Below are positions 1 through 14,604 of a DNA stretch of 64,000 bases, piece by piece. Within the stretch, counting starts at the first letter, position 1. Every line of letters begins with the position of its first letter. Source of the stretch: the human T2T-CHM13v2.0 reference genome, Homo sapiens; assembly GCF_009914755.1 (NCBI RefSeq), contig NC_060930.1; one strand, 5' to 3'. The translations under genes and the position numbers were made by a program. The notes under the pieces are model-generated. The model did not search any database. It was not told the DNA's origin and saw nothing but the letters and a program-made list of their open reading frames with translations.

Positions 1-834
1 TAGGTAAGAAAAATACCGAACACATTTGCAGGATTGCCACTGTTTGGCAATGTTTCTCTAAGCCCGCCTACCTTAGCCCTCTAGAAAATCACTTGGGAGA
101 AATCCTGTTGCCTGAACCCAGAGATCCAGCTGCCTCCCACAGGCTCAGCGAAACAAACAAATGGCGGAGTGAAGTGATCCCTCTCTTCTTCCTTTAAGAG
201 AGGAAGGGATCTCTGCTTCTCTTATCTACTCCAAAGTCTCATCATACAAAGGTTGTTTATTCCTGCAAAAGTTAAATGACAAATCCACCTAAATTATCCT
301 CCAATGGCCCATACCCTTCAACAGAGAAAGGCCAGTTTTCATATTTAAAGGTGGCCCTCACAGCCATAAAATCAGTGTGGTATTATATTTTTTCATTAAT
401 TCAGCATTTACCAAGTAACTTCCGCAGCCAAGAACAGTGAAAAGTGTTAGGGATACCATTTTTAAAAACTTTATCATAATAAAGTATATTATTCTAGTAA
501 TACCTTTGATTGATGGCCACATTCTAGACTTTAAGAACCACTTGGGATTATCTCCTTTAATTCCTATATCCACCCTATAAAGTTGGTACTGTTACCATTC
601 TTTATGGATAAAGCATATCCTTTACGGATAAAGCAACTGAGGTTAAGTAGTTTACCCAAGGTCAGCACGTGGTGGAGCTGTAGTCTGAAGCCAGAGCCTG
701 AATTCTTAAAGATTACCATGTTCTTAAGAAGTACACTTTCTACTGAGGTTTGATCTGTAGTATACTAAGATTTCCCAAATTATTTCATGTATTATATCTT
801 ATCTCCCAATTAAAATTTGACCTTCTATTTAGGG

Positions 835-962
835 CAGCACTGTTCAAAAGGATTTTCTGCAATAATGAAAATGTTCTAGTTTGTGCTATCCAAAAGCACA
901 GTCTAGCCATAATTTAAATTTAAACGGCTACAAGTAGCTAAGGCATACAGTACTGGACAACA
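835..962 (+). mobile_element. MER3-like hAT-Charlie MITE
   Basis: cagcactgttcaa...ttctgcaataatgaaaatgttcta...tactggacaaca resembles the MER3 consensus with degenerate TIRs. Confidence 0.65.
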
Positions 963-1175
963 CATGCAAGGAAGAGTTTCATTTCTTCCGATTTATCTAT
1001 AAAGCCAAGGCTTAGGTAAATCAGTTAATGGAAAGGAACAAGTGAAGAATCTTTAGGAGGAGTTTGTACTCCCTTAGCTGGGGAGCAGAAATCTTTATTA
1101 TATCAGGACTTTCAGTATAATAAAAATGTTATAAGAAGCATATGATACAGCATGCAGTCCTAGAGGAGTTCATAA

Positions 1176-1516
<341 letters not shown>

Positions 1517-3009
1517 AGAAGACTGACGTTTTATAATTGATGGTCACAACTTTAAAAATTCATACTCAGTTATAGGTTTTTGTCTAATAAAAACATCACT
1601 GCTTAATTTATTTACAAAACATGGAGTCCATAGAGAGAAAAACAACAGGGGCCTCTTGATAGTAAAAGGATGAGAAACAGGGAAAACTTGTAAGTCAATG
1701 GACACTTCCTTCAGAAACTACATTCAAAACTTAAAAATTTTGTTAAAGAGTAAGCAACTGCCAAATTCTCCTAAGTGACTTCAACGTGTTACTTATACAT
1801 CAGATATGTACATACATATTCCTATAATCAAGTAATTCTAAGTTTGGGAAAATATCATAAATAATAATAGTTATCTTTTGAAAATAAAGTGGGGCTCTAG
1901 ATCAACCAGTGTCAGGAAGCAGCCAAGTCACACCCCACTGGGTGCTTCCTGGACAAGCGCAGTGCAGCTCCCACAGGGCCTCACACCCAACCTTCAATTT
2001 GCTTAAAAGAACTATCTCAAAAAATCTTAGCTATTTAGTCACAATTTGTCCTTGCCAGGGAACATGTTTTTCTTTTGCCTGATTTTCAATAACCTTAGAT
2101 TGCAAAATCATAAAAGCACTCATCAAAGAACTGTGAGAGCAGCTCAGCTTCCCTGGAGATCTCAAACCATGTTCCTTTGATACAATGCAATCAGCTCTTT
2201 ATACTTTAGGAACCTAATTTTCCCTTACTAAATGCTAAACAATTTACAAATAACACAATGGCTACAGAAAAAAAAAATCCAACATCTTTACATTCAAATC
2301 CCAAAGATATAAACCTGACGTCTAAATTAATACGTGCTTAGTGCAAAACTGGGCAATTATTCCACATTTGCAAGACAGTATAACATGACCACCTGCTGCT
2401 GAAATGCCAAAGCCACCACTGTTAACGCTTTGCTCCGCCTTCCAGAGAGGTTATTACAGCTTAAGCTGCGTCAACAACCCAGAGGAGGCTGCTATCTAGT
2501 TTATCTGTGTGGAAGGCCTGTAACACACTGTTAACAGAGTAGTTGCAGGCCCTTCCTTGGGATATTTTTCTGCGTATAAGAGTGAATGAACTCCACGGCC
2601 AGATCCTCCTAGTCATGTTGCAGTGCTGGTCATGGGACCGCAGAGGGAACAGCACCCAACTGGGGATGGGGAGCTCACAGGCACAGGCCCCGCAGCTGAT
2701 GCAAACCTTCCCCCTCCAAGGTTCTCTCGAGTCTCTGCCAAGAGTCGGCTGGAGGGCCCAACTGCTATGTTCTTATTGCTGTAATGACTGCAATTTGGCA
2801 GCATCCAGGATGGTGTACCGGGAACGGGAGGGGGAAGGAGATGGTGGGCCCCTCTGTTAAACGCAACGCCAGAAGGGACACAGGATGAATTTATTGTGGC
2901 CATCGGTCCTGAGCTGGAAGGAAAGTCAAAGGGCTTTAAAGCTGGGGAAAAGCTCTAACTCCTGCTCTGCTGTCAAAGCCTTACTTCCCACGAAGAGTAG
3001 GGGCCAGGC

Positions 3010-4010
3010 GGGCCAACTGTAAGGGGGAAGCGGCCCGGGGTGAGGTAAGAGGACCCTCCTAGGTGCCGCTGCCAGGCGGCGGTTCGCTGGGGCAGCAAGG
3101 CGCCCGCACTCGGGAGGCGCCACAAAGGGCCGAGGCCTGCGGAGGCCGCACGCGCAGCTCTCCGGGGCGGAGCCGCCGGGATCGCGGCAGCGGAGGCTGC
3201 AGCAGCCGCGGGTAGCCGGGGTGCCCAGCCTCCCAGCTCGGAGGTCGCGGGGGGCGGGGAGGATGCCGCAACTGCAGTCCGAGCGGCAGAGCCCGGCCGC
3301 CGAGCTCCCAGGCCCCCGCAACCGCTGTGAGGCGCAGCGCGCGCCACTGGCCGGGAGGAGCTAGAGGCGGGCGTCTGCACAGCGTCGCGCCACCCGTGAC
3401 TGCCCGCCTTCAGCCGGGCCCGGGACCCCGTAGCGGCCCATGCCCTGACGGGGGGCGCAGCTGCGGGGCTGGCGAGGCGTCGCGCGTGGGAAGAGGCCTA
3501 AGACACCCCGACTGCGGCGGCTGCGCACACCCGATCCGGACGCGGGGCCCCGCGGGCGCGCGCCTCGGAGCTCCCGCCTCCTCCTCTTGCTCCTCCTCGG
3601 CGTACGGTCCTCCCCTGACCCCTCCTTCCACCCGCCGAGAGGATGCGCTCCCCGGCGCCCAGCAGCAGAGGCCACCGCTCCCAGAAATGCATGCGACCGA
3701 TCCCCTTCTCCCGGACCCCAGGAGCCGGCGCCCCCGCCCTGTAGGTAGGTGGTGAGGCGGGGCCCAGCCCTCGCCGCCGCCCGCCGCTGATGCTGCCGCC
3801 GAGAGGCCGCGAGCAGGGTCCAGGACCGGCCAAACTTGCCTCCCGCCGGGGGCTCGGTGGAGCGCTCGGAGGTGTGCTAATGGCGCTGGGCGTAGCCCCC
3901 TGTGAACCTGAAAACCTCTGCTTGAGCTCGGGAGGCCGAGCGGGGGCGAAGGAGAGATTGACCCTTCCCCGCCCACCCCTTGGGGGGCTCGTGGGGGTGC
4001 GCGCCAGTAC
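3010..4010. promoter_or_regulatory. NCOA7: CpG island promoter of NCOA7
   Basis: About 1 kb of very high GC with dense CpG and GC boxes (e.g. ggggcggag ~3163, gggggcgggg ~3250) in otherwise AT-rich, CpG-depleted sequence; lies upstream of the first coding exon. Confidence 0.9.
3600..3744 (+). other. NCOA7: Non-coding first exon (5' UTR); start approximate, donor cctgtag|gtaggt
   Basis: Donor-like sites at the 3' side of the island (GT at 3741, 3745, 3749, 3752); TAG|GTAGGT at 3744/3745 is my preferred call. The TSS cannot be fixed from sequence. Confidence 0.6.
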
Positions 4011-7000
4011 GAGAGTGGGGAGGACAGGTTGGCATGGGGCTTATTTGGGGAGAAGACCGTTGGATTTTCAGCAGCTCAGGTGGAAATATGTCACTGTGTT
4101 TTTCCGGCTGGATTAGCAGATGCGTTCTTCCCATCTTTCTAGCCAAAACATGTAGACAGGCAAAGGGTTATTAGTGGCATGTAGAAGTCGCTGTGGATTT
4201 TTGTGTATTTCAGAGCTAGCTAGTTGGTATATAAAATCGATGGGGCAAACCCTTACCGTCAACACGTTAGGGCCAATTTAGAGAAGGTCCTTCTAGAAGT
4301 CAGATTATTCTGGAGATCGATGAGGCTGGGATATTGTTGTGCTGAGTATTTAGGAGCCTCTGCTTACGTGAAGGGATGTGTTTTAAGAGTGGCAACTTTG
4401 ATACAGGTGTCGGGAGTTGAGATTCTGCTGGAAAGATGTACCGGGTCAGCCAGCAGAGGCAGCCTTGTGCCCAGCCTAACTTCCAACTCGATGTTATGCT
4501 CTGTATTTCTCAGAAACTGGTTATGTATTAATGCTTTTTTTCTCCTCTAGGTGTAAAGTTTATACATCAGAGCTTTTGGCAAGATTCCCTCTTCCCAGAC
4601 TATCATTTTTTATTTTATATTCAGCAATAAGGCTTAAAGTTTTGAAAAATGCATCACTGTAAGCTCCAATTTTATAGTCACTTAGGTATAGAGATTTGGA
4701 GAAGTGACTCAGTATAAGCTCAAATAGGACAGAATCTTGAATCTGTTTTTTTTTAAATCCTGTAATCTTCTGCATCTTATGCAGAATAAGTACCCATTAG
4801 TTATTTGTTGAATGAATGAACTGTGTTTCAAGCTTTCATCTAAAAACCACAATTTAGAATCACAGAATTGTTCTGTAGCCGGTGAAATTTAATTGAATTT
4901 CAAAAATTGCCTCTTTGTATAAATAGGCAAACTCAGTTATTTTAACATTTATATTTCAATTCTGACATCTTTAGGACCATATGCTATCTTTCTGTAATAT
5001 GTCATCAAGGTTATGAGGTAATTCTCCCCAACTCTTAAGTTCATTTCATGTCTAAGCTTGCAAAATTTCCAGTCTCACTGGTAATCATGCCAACTTCAAC
5101 TGTGCTCTCAAACACAATTTAAAAAGTAAAAGTCGTGTTTTAAAGAAAATTGTAAGTTACGCCAGAGGAAACAATGATTTGGTTAATAAGTGATGTATTC
5201 ACTTATTTTAGAGTTGAGTTTTTCAGGTTTGATCTAATTATCATGTCTTTTATCACAGGCAAAAGTAGAAATAAAACATGTAGAAGTGTCTGTGATTCTT
5301 AAATGATTCAAAATGTGTGATATAGATACACAATTTAAACTGTTTTCTCCTCGGTATAGAAACACATCAGTTTCCAAATTTGACAGCCAGGGGATTGTGA
5401 AATGAGGGTTTGCAAGATACAGTGTCTTCCTGCTTTAAAATGTTATATCATTTTGAAAAAAAAAAAGAAAAACAAGGTTAACTGCATCAAACTTTATTTG
5501 CTTTATTTTTACACTATGACATTTTCTGTTTTGATTTCATCTTTTTTCCATCACATGAATTTCATGAGTCAGTGTGAACTTCTTTCAGTCTCTGCTTAAC
5601 AATATTATCTGGGCATGCTCCCAGGTTTTCTTTCTGACATTTTAATGCATCTTTACCATCTTCACTTCATATTACTCAAATGACTTATTTTTACACAATA
5701 TGGTAGGCCATACTTTATTACTATTGCTTCTCCAACCTACTTATTTTCTTCCTAGATGGATAAGGAAATAAAACTTTCCTATAAAAGTTAATAAGACTGC
5801 AGGAACCAACAGTGGGAGGGAACTTATGAAAAAAATTAATTTGTTATGATTTATTAAAACAAAGCCAAAATTCCCTCCTGTAATAAAGATAATTACATTT
5901 TACACTTCTTAAATTTGTAACCCAGGGTATTGAGCAATTAATTTACCTGGCTCTTCCTTGCACACTTTAAGCTTTTCAAAAAAGCCCTCCCCTTTGGTTA
6001 CAGTAAGCTCTCTTTACCTTGTTACTTATAAGCACTTATTTGTTCATTTTACAAGTAGGAGTTGAGCCTTTAACTGCTCAGTTTAACTGCTATTACTTTG
6101 GCTTTGGAATCACAGTCAAATAAAAGCTCTAATCTCAGATTTGAAGAGGTATTTTTCTCTTCTGTGTGTCCTACAACCAAATGCGCAGTGCCTCTGGGAT
6201 TGGTTGACTCACTTTTGGGTCCTACCTCCTGATCCCCCAGCACTCCGCCCCCACAAGCACCACCAGAATGCAATCCAAGACCTGGATTTCCTCTCTTTAT
6301 CTTCCTAAAGGCTGTATTTTAGAAACCTCTATTCCTTTCTTGCTAAATGCCATTTACTATTGTTTTTAAAATCCCAGCCCATAATTTTTTGTTTGTTTAA
6401 ATTCAACAGGATCCACTCAATTCACTTGTGCTAAAATCAGAATTGTTGATTGCAGAAAAAAATATACAGAAGTAAATTTGTATGACCTTGAATTTCAGAT
6501 ATAGTGAATACATAAAGAGTGATTGTTGTCTACTGGTCTCCCCTCAACAGTGATACAAAATGCATTTGTTTCTGTACATGCCAGAGAATATGAATTTTCT
6601 GTTGCTAAATTTGATCAGAAGCTTAATTGAGAGAAATGATGTTTACGGGGGGTTGGCTGAACAAAGGCCATGACGTCAACCTATTCCCTTCCAATACTAG
6701 CTGTTAGACCAGAAGTCTAGCCAGATCTTCAGAAGCTGTACTTTGGTACCTTGTTTTGCATCCTTAACACCCCCCCATATGCCCACACTGAGGGATTTTA
6801 TTAATACAGTCAGAGGAAACTTACTATTATGTTACTTTCGAAATGTGGTTATGATCATGGTACTTTCTATAGTTTCTGTTTGAAGACTCATGCAAGAAAT
6901 TCCATTTAACTTTAAATGCCAAAGAAAAGCTTTACTTACCCTGAACAACTTGTGTGTGTGTGTTTGTGTGTGTTCTTTTCATCATGCAAAATGAGAATCA

Positions 7001-9033
7001 AATCATTGATTATATTTCCCTTTCTAACTTGGCAACTAGGAAATGAACAAATTTGCAACTCAATTTTAATAATCATATAAAAATTCATAACCTAATATCA
7101 ATATTTTATCTTTTCCTATGGTCTTGAGCTTCTGTTCTACCTTGTTTTTCTTGATTCTGATGTTTATCTAATTATACTTTTCCATTTGATTGAATTATAT
7201 TCTTTTAAGATGACTCATATCCTTTGTGGAACAAGGCAGATTATAAAACATAAAACCAAATAAATGAAGCCATTGCACAATTGATCTCTGGACACAGTAT
7301 GTTTTTGATGAACAAGTTTAATGGGTTACATTAAATGTTTTGAACAAGAATTGCAAATTTAGTACATTTGAACTTAGCCAAATGGAAAACAATGTTACAT
7401 AGTTTTACAAAACTTTTTTTTAAACTCTTACATTTATATTCACTCATTACTAATTTGAAATTAATAAAGCCATTCAATTTAAGTCAATTATATTTGGAGT
7501 ACCTGCCTTAAACGCTATATAGGTTGAACAGGAGTTTCAATAGAATAAAGTCATTTTTAGCTGAAGGGCTAGCCTAACTTAGCATAACACTCACCAGAGT
7601 GAATCGACAATCTGACCTTCGCGTCAGTGATTCATGTGATTTATCCTTGTTTTAATAAATCAGAGTCTTCTCTGAGCCTCTTTTATTTACCATGAAATTT
7701 AAAAGATTGAGCTCCTGGAGTTAATTCTTCATACTGATGTTTTGACACCTAATTGTTAAGTTGGTTGAATTTACCCAGGTAACTCATTATTTACATCGAC
7801 ATGATAAGTTAGGCTTGATATATTTATCACCACAGTAAGCAGAAAGATTGGCCTTTCTCAAGGGTCAGTCATTGGTACAGTCTGGTAGCCTTTGGCATAA
7901 AAATGATCTGAATTCAAAAGTGCAACTTAAAACATAAGAGGGGGTTTGGAGGGGGACCTAGGCAGGTTTTTACATAGAGGCATCTCATTCTGATAACCTT
8001 CATGTCTTTTTTTAAATTTATTTTTAGAATAGGTAGTATCCTCATGGTTCAAAAGGTACGCATGGCTCTAGAGTGAAAGTACTCCCTCTCATCCTCATTC
8101 CCCTGTCACCCATTTCACTAATCCACAGGTAACCAGTGTTAGTTAACTGAGAATCTTCTAGTGACATTTTATGCATATGCAAGCAAATATGAACATGGAA
8201 GCTGCTCATTTTCTCTCCTAACCTGTCTCTGATTCACTCTGTTCTATTCCCACTGCCTCTGTTTGGCTCCTTAGATGCCTTGGAGTGTTGTCTGCATTCT
8301 GCCTTGCTCTGCATTTCAAGCTGTCCCCATTTCAGCAGGCTGTCCTTCTAAACTTCCCCCTTCAGACCCTGTAAAACATTTCCATCATACACAGGAAGGA
8401 ATCTGCACATCTTACCCTGGTCTCTTGGACCCTGAGAGATTCATCTCCTGTCTGTATCCCTCCTTGTCATGCATTTTACCCACAGTCATTCTTAGCTAAG
8501 TCCCCTTGACCCATTTCATAGACCCATAAAAAACCTGATGAAAGTTCAAGTTGTCATCATGCACAGCAAATACCATTTGCCAACATATCCTTGTTTGTGG
8601 ACCCCCAAGTTAAACATTTGTGTTTTAGTAATACAAAACTAATTGCCAGTTTCTGCACGTGGATAGAGTATGATTTTTCTTCTCCATGCTGTTCCCTCTG
8701 CTTGGAACATGCTGTCCAATTTTCATGAGCAAGCCACTCTCATTTCTGGTGTCATCTCTAGGGGCCTTTCTTCCTTGAGATTCTGTAAACTCATGGAGCC
8801 TTCTGCATGAAACTTAGTGTCCCAAGTAGGCTTCCATACTAGGAGTAATTTTCTATATTAGCTATGTTATAGCTAATAGCTATATTTTGCTACTAGCAAA
8901 ATTGACGTTCTGGTAAAAAATTAACCATGATTTTGGATAGCATGTAAGATTGATAAAAAAAATTAGGGTTGAAGATTTTATTTAATCATTCATCCTTCTT
9001 CTCTCCCCACCCCCCACCCACCTCAATATAAAT

Positions 9034-9690
<657 letters not shown>

Positions 9691-10899
9691 TAACACCCAT
9701 TAAAAATAGCTTTGGTATTTATTATGACACTCATCTGGGAGAGTGTCTTTTATTCCTCCCACTCTAGTTTTCTTCTGTAGTTGGTACATAAAGGGACGAA
9801 AGCCTCCAAATAGGGTGTCACTGGAGTTTGGGGATTAGCCAGGCAAAAAGGGTACTCTTAAGACATTGAAAGGATTGAACATTGACCCTGATAGATGACA
9901 TGAGCCATTTGGAGAGAGTGGTCCAATCTAAGAAGTGACTCCTAAGTAGGTGAATGAAATACTTTTAATTCCAACCCAAGTAATCAGAGGCCTTAAGTGC
10001 TTGGTTTTTATTGCAAAGTACCTGGCATGAGGTAATTTGCTTTTGATAGCTGATTAACAGAGGATTTAGAAAATAAGAGTTTAATAGTGTTTGTTCAACA
10101 CTGTTCATGTGGAATTTCTGACTAGTGGGTTATTCTTATCACTAACCAGGTATGCCTTATAGAATAGAAATAATTTGTGAGATGAATCCAAAGGTCTGAG
10201 ATCCCTTAAGAGCTTTCATGTTTCTTCTGTGATTCTGGCCTCGCTACACAAACATTGAATTTATTGACTTGTTTCCCCAGGCATGCTGATATCATGAAGT
10301 GAGAGTGCTCTGAGTAGCAGTGATAAATATTCTAGCCATTGGATAAGTGTCACCCCTGCAGTATGGGATAAATCTCAATTTCAGGCTATTCATGGGTCTG
10401 CTGGGAAGGTCTGCTCAGTTCTGTGGTTGCAGGTGTTTACAGCTGAGCCCTCATCCCTAGTTTCCGGTGATTTCCCCCAGGGTTCTGCCTGTCTGTAGGG
10501 TCCCACTGAAACAACTAGTCAGCAATACTCTTTGATATTTTGAATCACAGAACCTTCCAAAATAATTTCTATTTAACATGTCTTAACTCTGAAAACCTTT
10601 ATAACAAGGAATAGGAATAGAATATTCACAAAACAGGAACTTAAGATGGCCAAGACATGAAAATAATACTGACTTCATGGCATCAAAGAAGTGCAGATTA
10701 CTAGATTTAAAAAGTCAGTTACAATGCTGGCAAGAGTGAGGTTGTGTTTAGCTCACGAAGGGTAGGCTGGTATACCTTCAATGGAGAGCAGTTTGCCTCA
10801 TGGTCTCTCTTGGCACTCGTGATTCTTCTCTGAGTATATCCTAAGGAAACAATCAGACATGAAGCTGAAGTTCCGTGATGAGCCCATGATCTCTGAGAG

Positions 10900-11160
10900 G
10901 CTACTGATATAGTAGAAAGGTTAAAAGCAGGAATGCCAGAGCCACTTATGTGGCTTGGAATCCTGTTCCACCAGTTACCACCTCTGTGCAGTTAGGAAGT
11001 TATTTTCTCCACACTTTGAGTTTTCTCATCTGTCAAATGAAGATAATAATAGTATCTACCTCCTACATTGTACAGAGAATTAGGTAAATTAATTTATGTA
11101 AAGTACTTGGAACCTTGCCTGGCACAGAGTAAGCAACTATCTAAGTATTAGTTATTATCA
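10900..11160 (+). mobile_element. MIR
   Basis: Core motif gagttttctcatctgtcaaatgaagataataatagtatctacctc...cctggcacagagtaagc. Confidence 0.75.
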
Positions 11161-12118
11161 AGGGTGTTACTGTAAAAATTTGAGAAAAATTCAACAGTAG
11201 AGTCATTTTTTAAGTGATAGTAAATGTATATAAGATATTTAGCCATTAAAATAATGATTTTGAACAATATTTAATTATATGGGAGATGTTTATAATAACT
11301 GAGTTAAACATAAACAGTATATACAAAAAATTCTAATTTGATTTTAAGATGCATTTGCATAGAAAACAGGAAAGTGACAAACTTACTTTTTTCTCACTAA
11401 TGGGATTATAAGAGATTTATGTTTTTCTTTTTCACATTTTTATTTGGTATCCATATGTATTATAATGATAATTATTGAACATTATTACAATTATGTATCA
11501 TCCGATTTTTATATTTTTGACTTTTTTAAAGCAAATGCATATTCATTTTGACATATTGTACTTTCTCTTCCTCCTTTTAAAGCTACTAATATTTCACTTC
11601 CTCAAAATCTTCACCCACGCATCATCTGCTTGGTATTTTCTTGCATTTAGCTCTCTTGCTTTAGGTATAGATCAGCCCCAAGCCTGTTTCTTCAAGAATA
11701 AGCAGACCAAGTAAAATGACTGAAGAGATTTTAGTGGTGGTGGCTTTCTCCTGGAAGTTTAATCCCAAGAATGTGGCTTAGATGATGATGGCACTGTGTC
11801 CTCTCTACATTTCATGCACTCAGCCTGCTCTTCCACTCTTCCCCTGCATGAACTTGGCACTTCAGTGGGGTCAGAATCCTCAGTAATCCCACACATACAG
11901 GAGAGTAATTCCTGCCTCCCAAGCCTTTGCTGTCCTTGCTAGCTGGAATTTCCCTCCACATTTCTTCCTTTAAAATCAGTCTTCCACACCAGGTTTATAC
12001 TTAATTCCATGAATACTTTCCAACCCATCTATTGTATGCTGACTTCAGTTCTTTTGGCACTTAAGCATTTGTGCCACAAATGAACTAAATATTGGCTTAC
12101 TTTATTGCTTAGTTGTTC

Positions 12119-12415
<297 letters not shown>

Positions 12416-13300
12416 AGTTCTTATAGTAAGCTTATAGAAGTTGTGTTTTATATTACTCAATGTCCTTCTATTTTCTAGCATAGCATTATCCACATGCACA
12501 TAGAACACAGGAAAATCAGATGTTGTTGTGTTGATGACATTCTTAGAGATAACGTATGAGTGTTCTGTTTCATGATCCCCTTTGCTCATCCTTCTATTTT
12601 CCTTGTTTTCAAAATCAGAATGTTATATCATTTAGGTTCTCAGTCTTACAGATATTTGCCTGAAGACCTGATAATAGATTTTCATTTCTAACATCTGAAA
12701 CTTAAAGGGTTTAATTGCAGAGAGCACCACAGTTAGCAAATGCATTTATAATAGGGGGCTAGTAATATAATATACAAATTAATCCTGGTTGCAAAGACAA
12801 CACTATCAATTTTAAAATATTGCTTGTTTGATCTAGACAATTTTGTGAATCTGTCAGAGAATTATTAAGTTTATAAAAGTGTTAGAATTTTATAGATCTT
12901 GCATTTTCTGGAAAGGACCAAATCCCAGGGAATGTTGTCACATATCTGCTGTCATAGTCTAGACTGGTGGTTTCTAAAGTGAAGTTCATGTACCACATGA
13001 AGGTACAGAAAGAAATTGTTGGAATGTCTTTATTTTCATGACTTCTGTTTTAGTTATGTGCCTTATAATTATTAGTACAGAGGACATGTTTTTATAAGTA
13101 AAAGTAATTAGAGTTTTATGCTCAGATACTTTTATTGATGTGGAATAAAAAGTGGAGACCACTAATCTAAATAAAAGGCAAGACCTTACCGTTTCATAAC
13201 CTGAAGTCAGTTTCTGTTACTTAGCCATAACAAGTCAAAAATCAACTTATTAAACATAAATTCTGTGTCCAGCCTAAACAAAGAGTTGTGATGTGTGTTA

Positions 13301-13783
<483 letters not shown>

Positions 13784-14169
13784 TTAGTGTAAAATTGCTA
13801 TAGAAAGCGTGATAGAAGTGGCATAGTACATGGTGATGCTGCATTCTCAGAATGTTCCAAAGACTCTTGCAGGATAAAATAATTCTTTGATAATCAGGTC
13901 AGTTCTTAGTCCATCTACCCAAATAAGCTGTGCTTGAATTGTCTCCTGGGCTCAGATGTTAACTGGATGAACAGAAAGCTCATCGAGTTAACATCCAGGC
14001 CCAGGAGGCAATTGGTAAATAATGTTTACCAATTTTCTTAATGACATGCCTGCATTTCCTTTAAATTATAAGAGAACGTGGCAGAATGGACATGTTGGGA
14101 AAGTAATAAAGTTTTTGGAGCAGTATCCTATTGCAACAGTGATAGTGTATAAAAGTAATTTAAAATTAG

Positions 14170-14604
14170 TGTATTAGTTTCTTAGGGGAGCCATGACAAA
14201 GTACCAGAAGCTGGTGGCTTTAAACATGTATTTTCTCACTTTCTGGAAGCTAGATGTTCAAAATCAAGGTGTCAGCAGGGCCGTGTTCCCGCTGAAACTG
14301 GTAGAAGAATCCTTCCTTTTCTCTTCCTAACTTCTGTTGGTTTGCTGGACCTTGGAGTTCCTTAGCTTGCAGCGGTATAGCTCCAAGTGTGGCCTGTGTC
14401 TACATGGCATTCTCCTTTTGTGTCTCTATCACTACATGGCCATCTTCTTATGGGGATTCCAGTCATACTGGATTAGGGCACCACACCACTCCAGTGTGAT
14501 TTCATCTTAACTAACTGTATTTCCAAATAAGATCACATTCTGGAGTACTGAGGATTATAACTTCAACATATCTTTTTTGGAATGCTATAATTTAACCTAT
14601 AACA
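14170..14604 (-). mobile_element. MLT1 (ERVL-MaLR) solo LTR, MLT1C-like
   Basis: tgtattagtttc...aaaatcaaggtgtcagcagggcc...aacttcaacatatctttt...ataaca. Confidence 0.75.

Noticed and set aside
1-9. Donor-like TAG|GTAAGA at the window start, as a possible upstream alternative exon
   Set aside because: Any exon would lie outside the window and cannot be evaluated.
2926-4174. Overlapping 100-190 aa ORFs in the CpG island
   Set aside because: Expected from stop-codon scarcity in GC-rich DNA; Pro/Arg/Gly/Ala low complexity, mostly non-ATG starts, no recognisable domain.
4525-4556. Strong acceptor ttttttctcctctag followed by GTGTAA
   Set aside because: Weak donor for an RS site, only 0.8 kb from exon 1, and no convincing partner donor identified.
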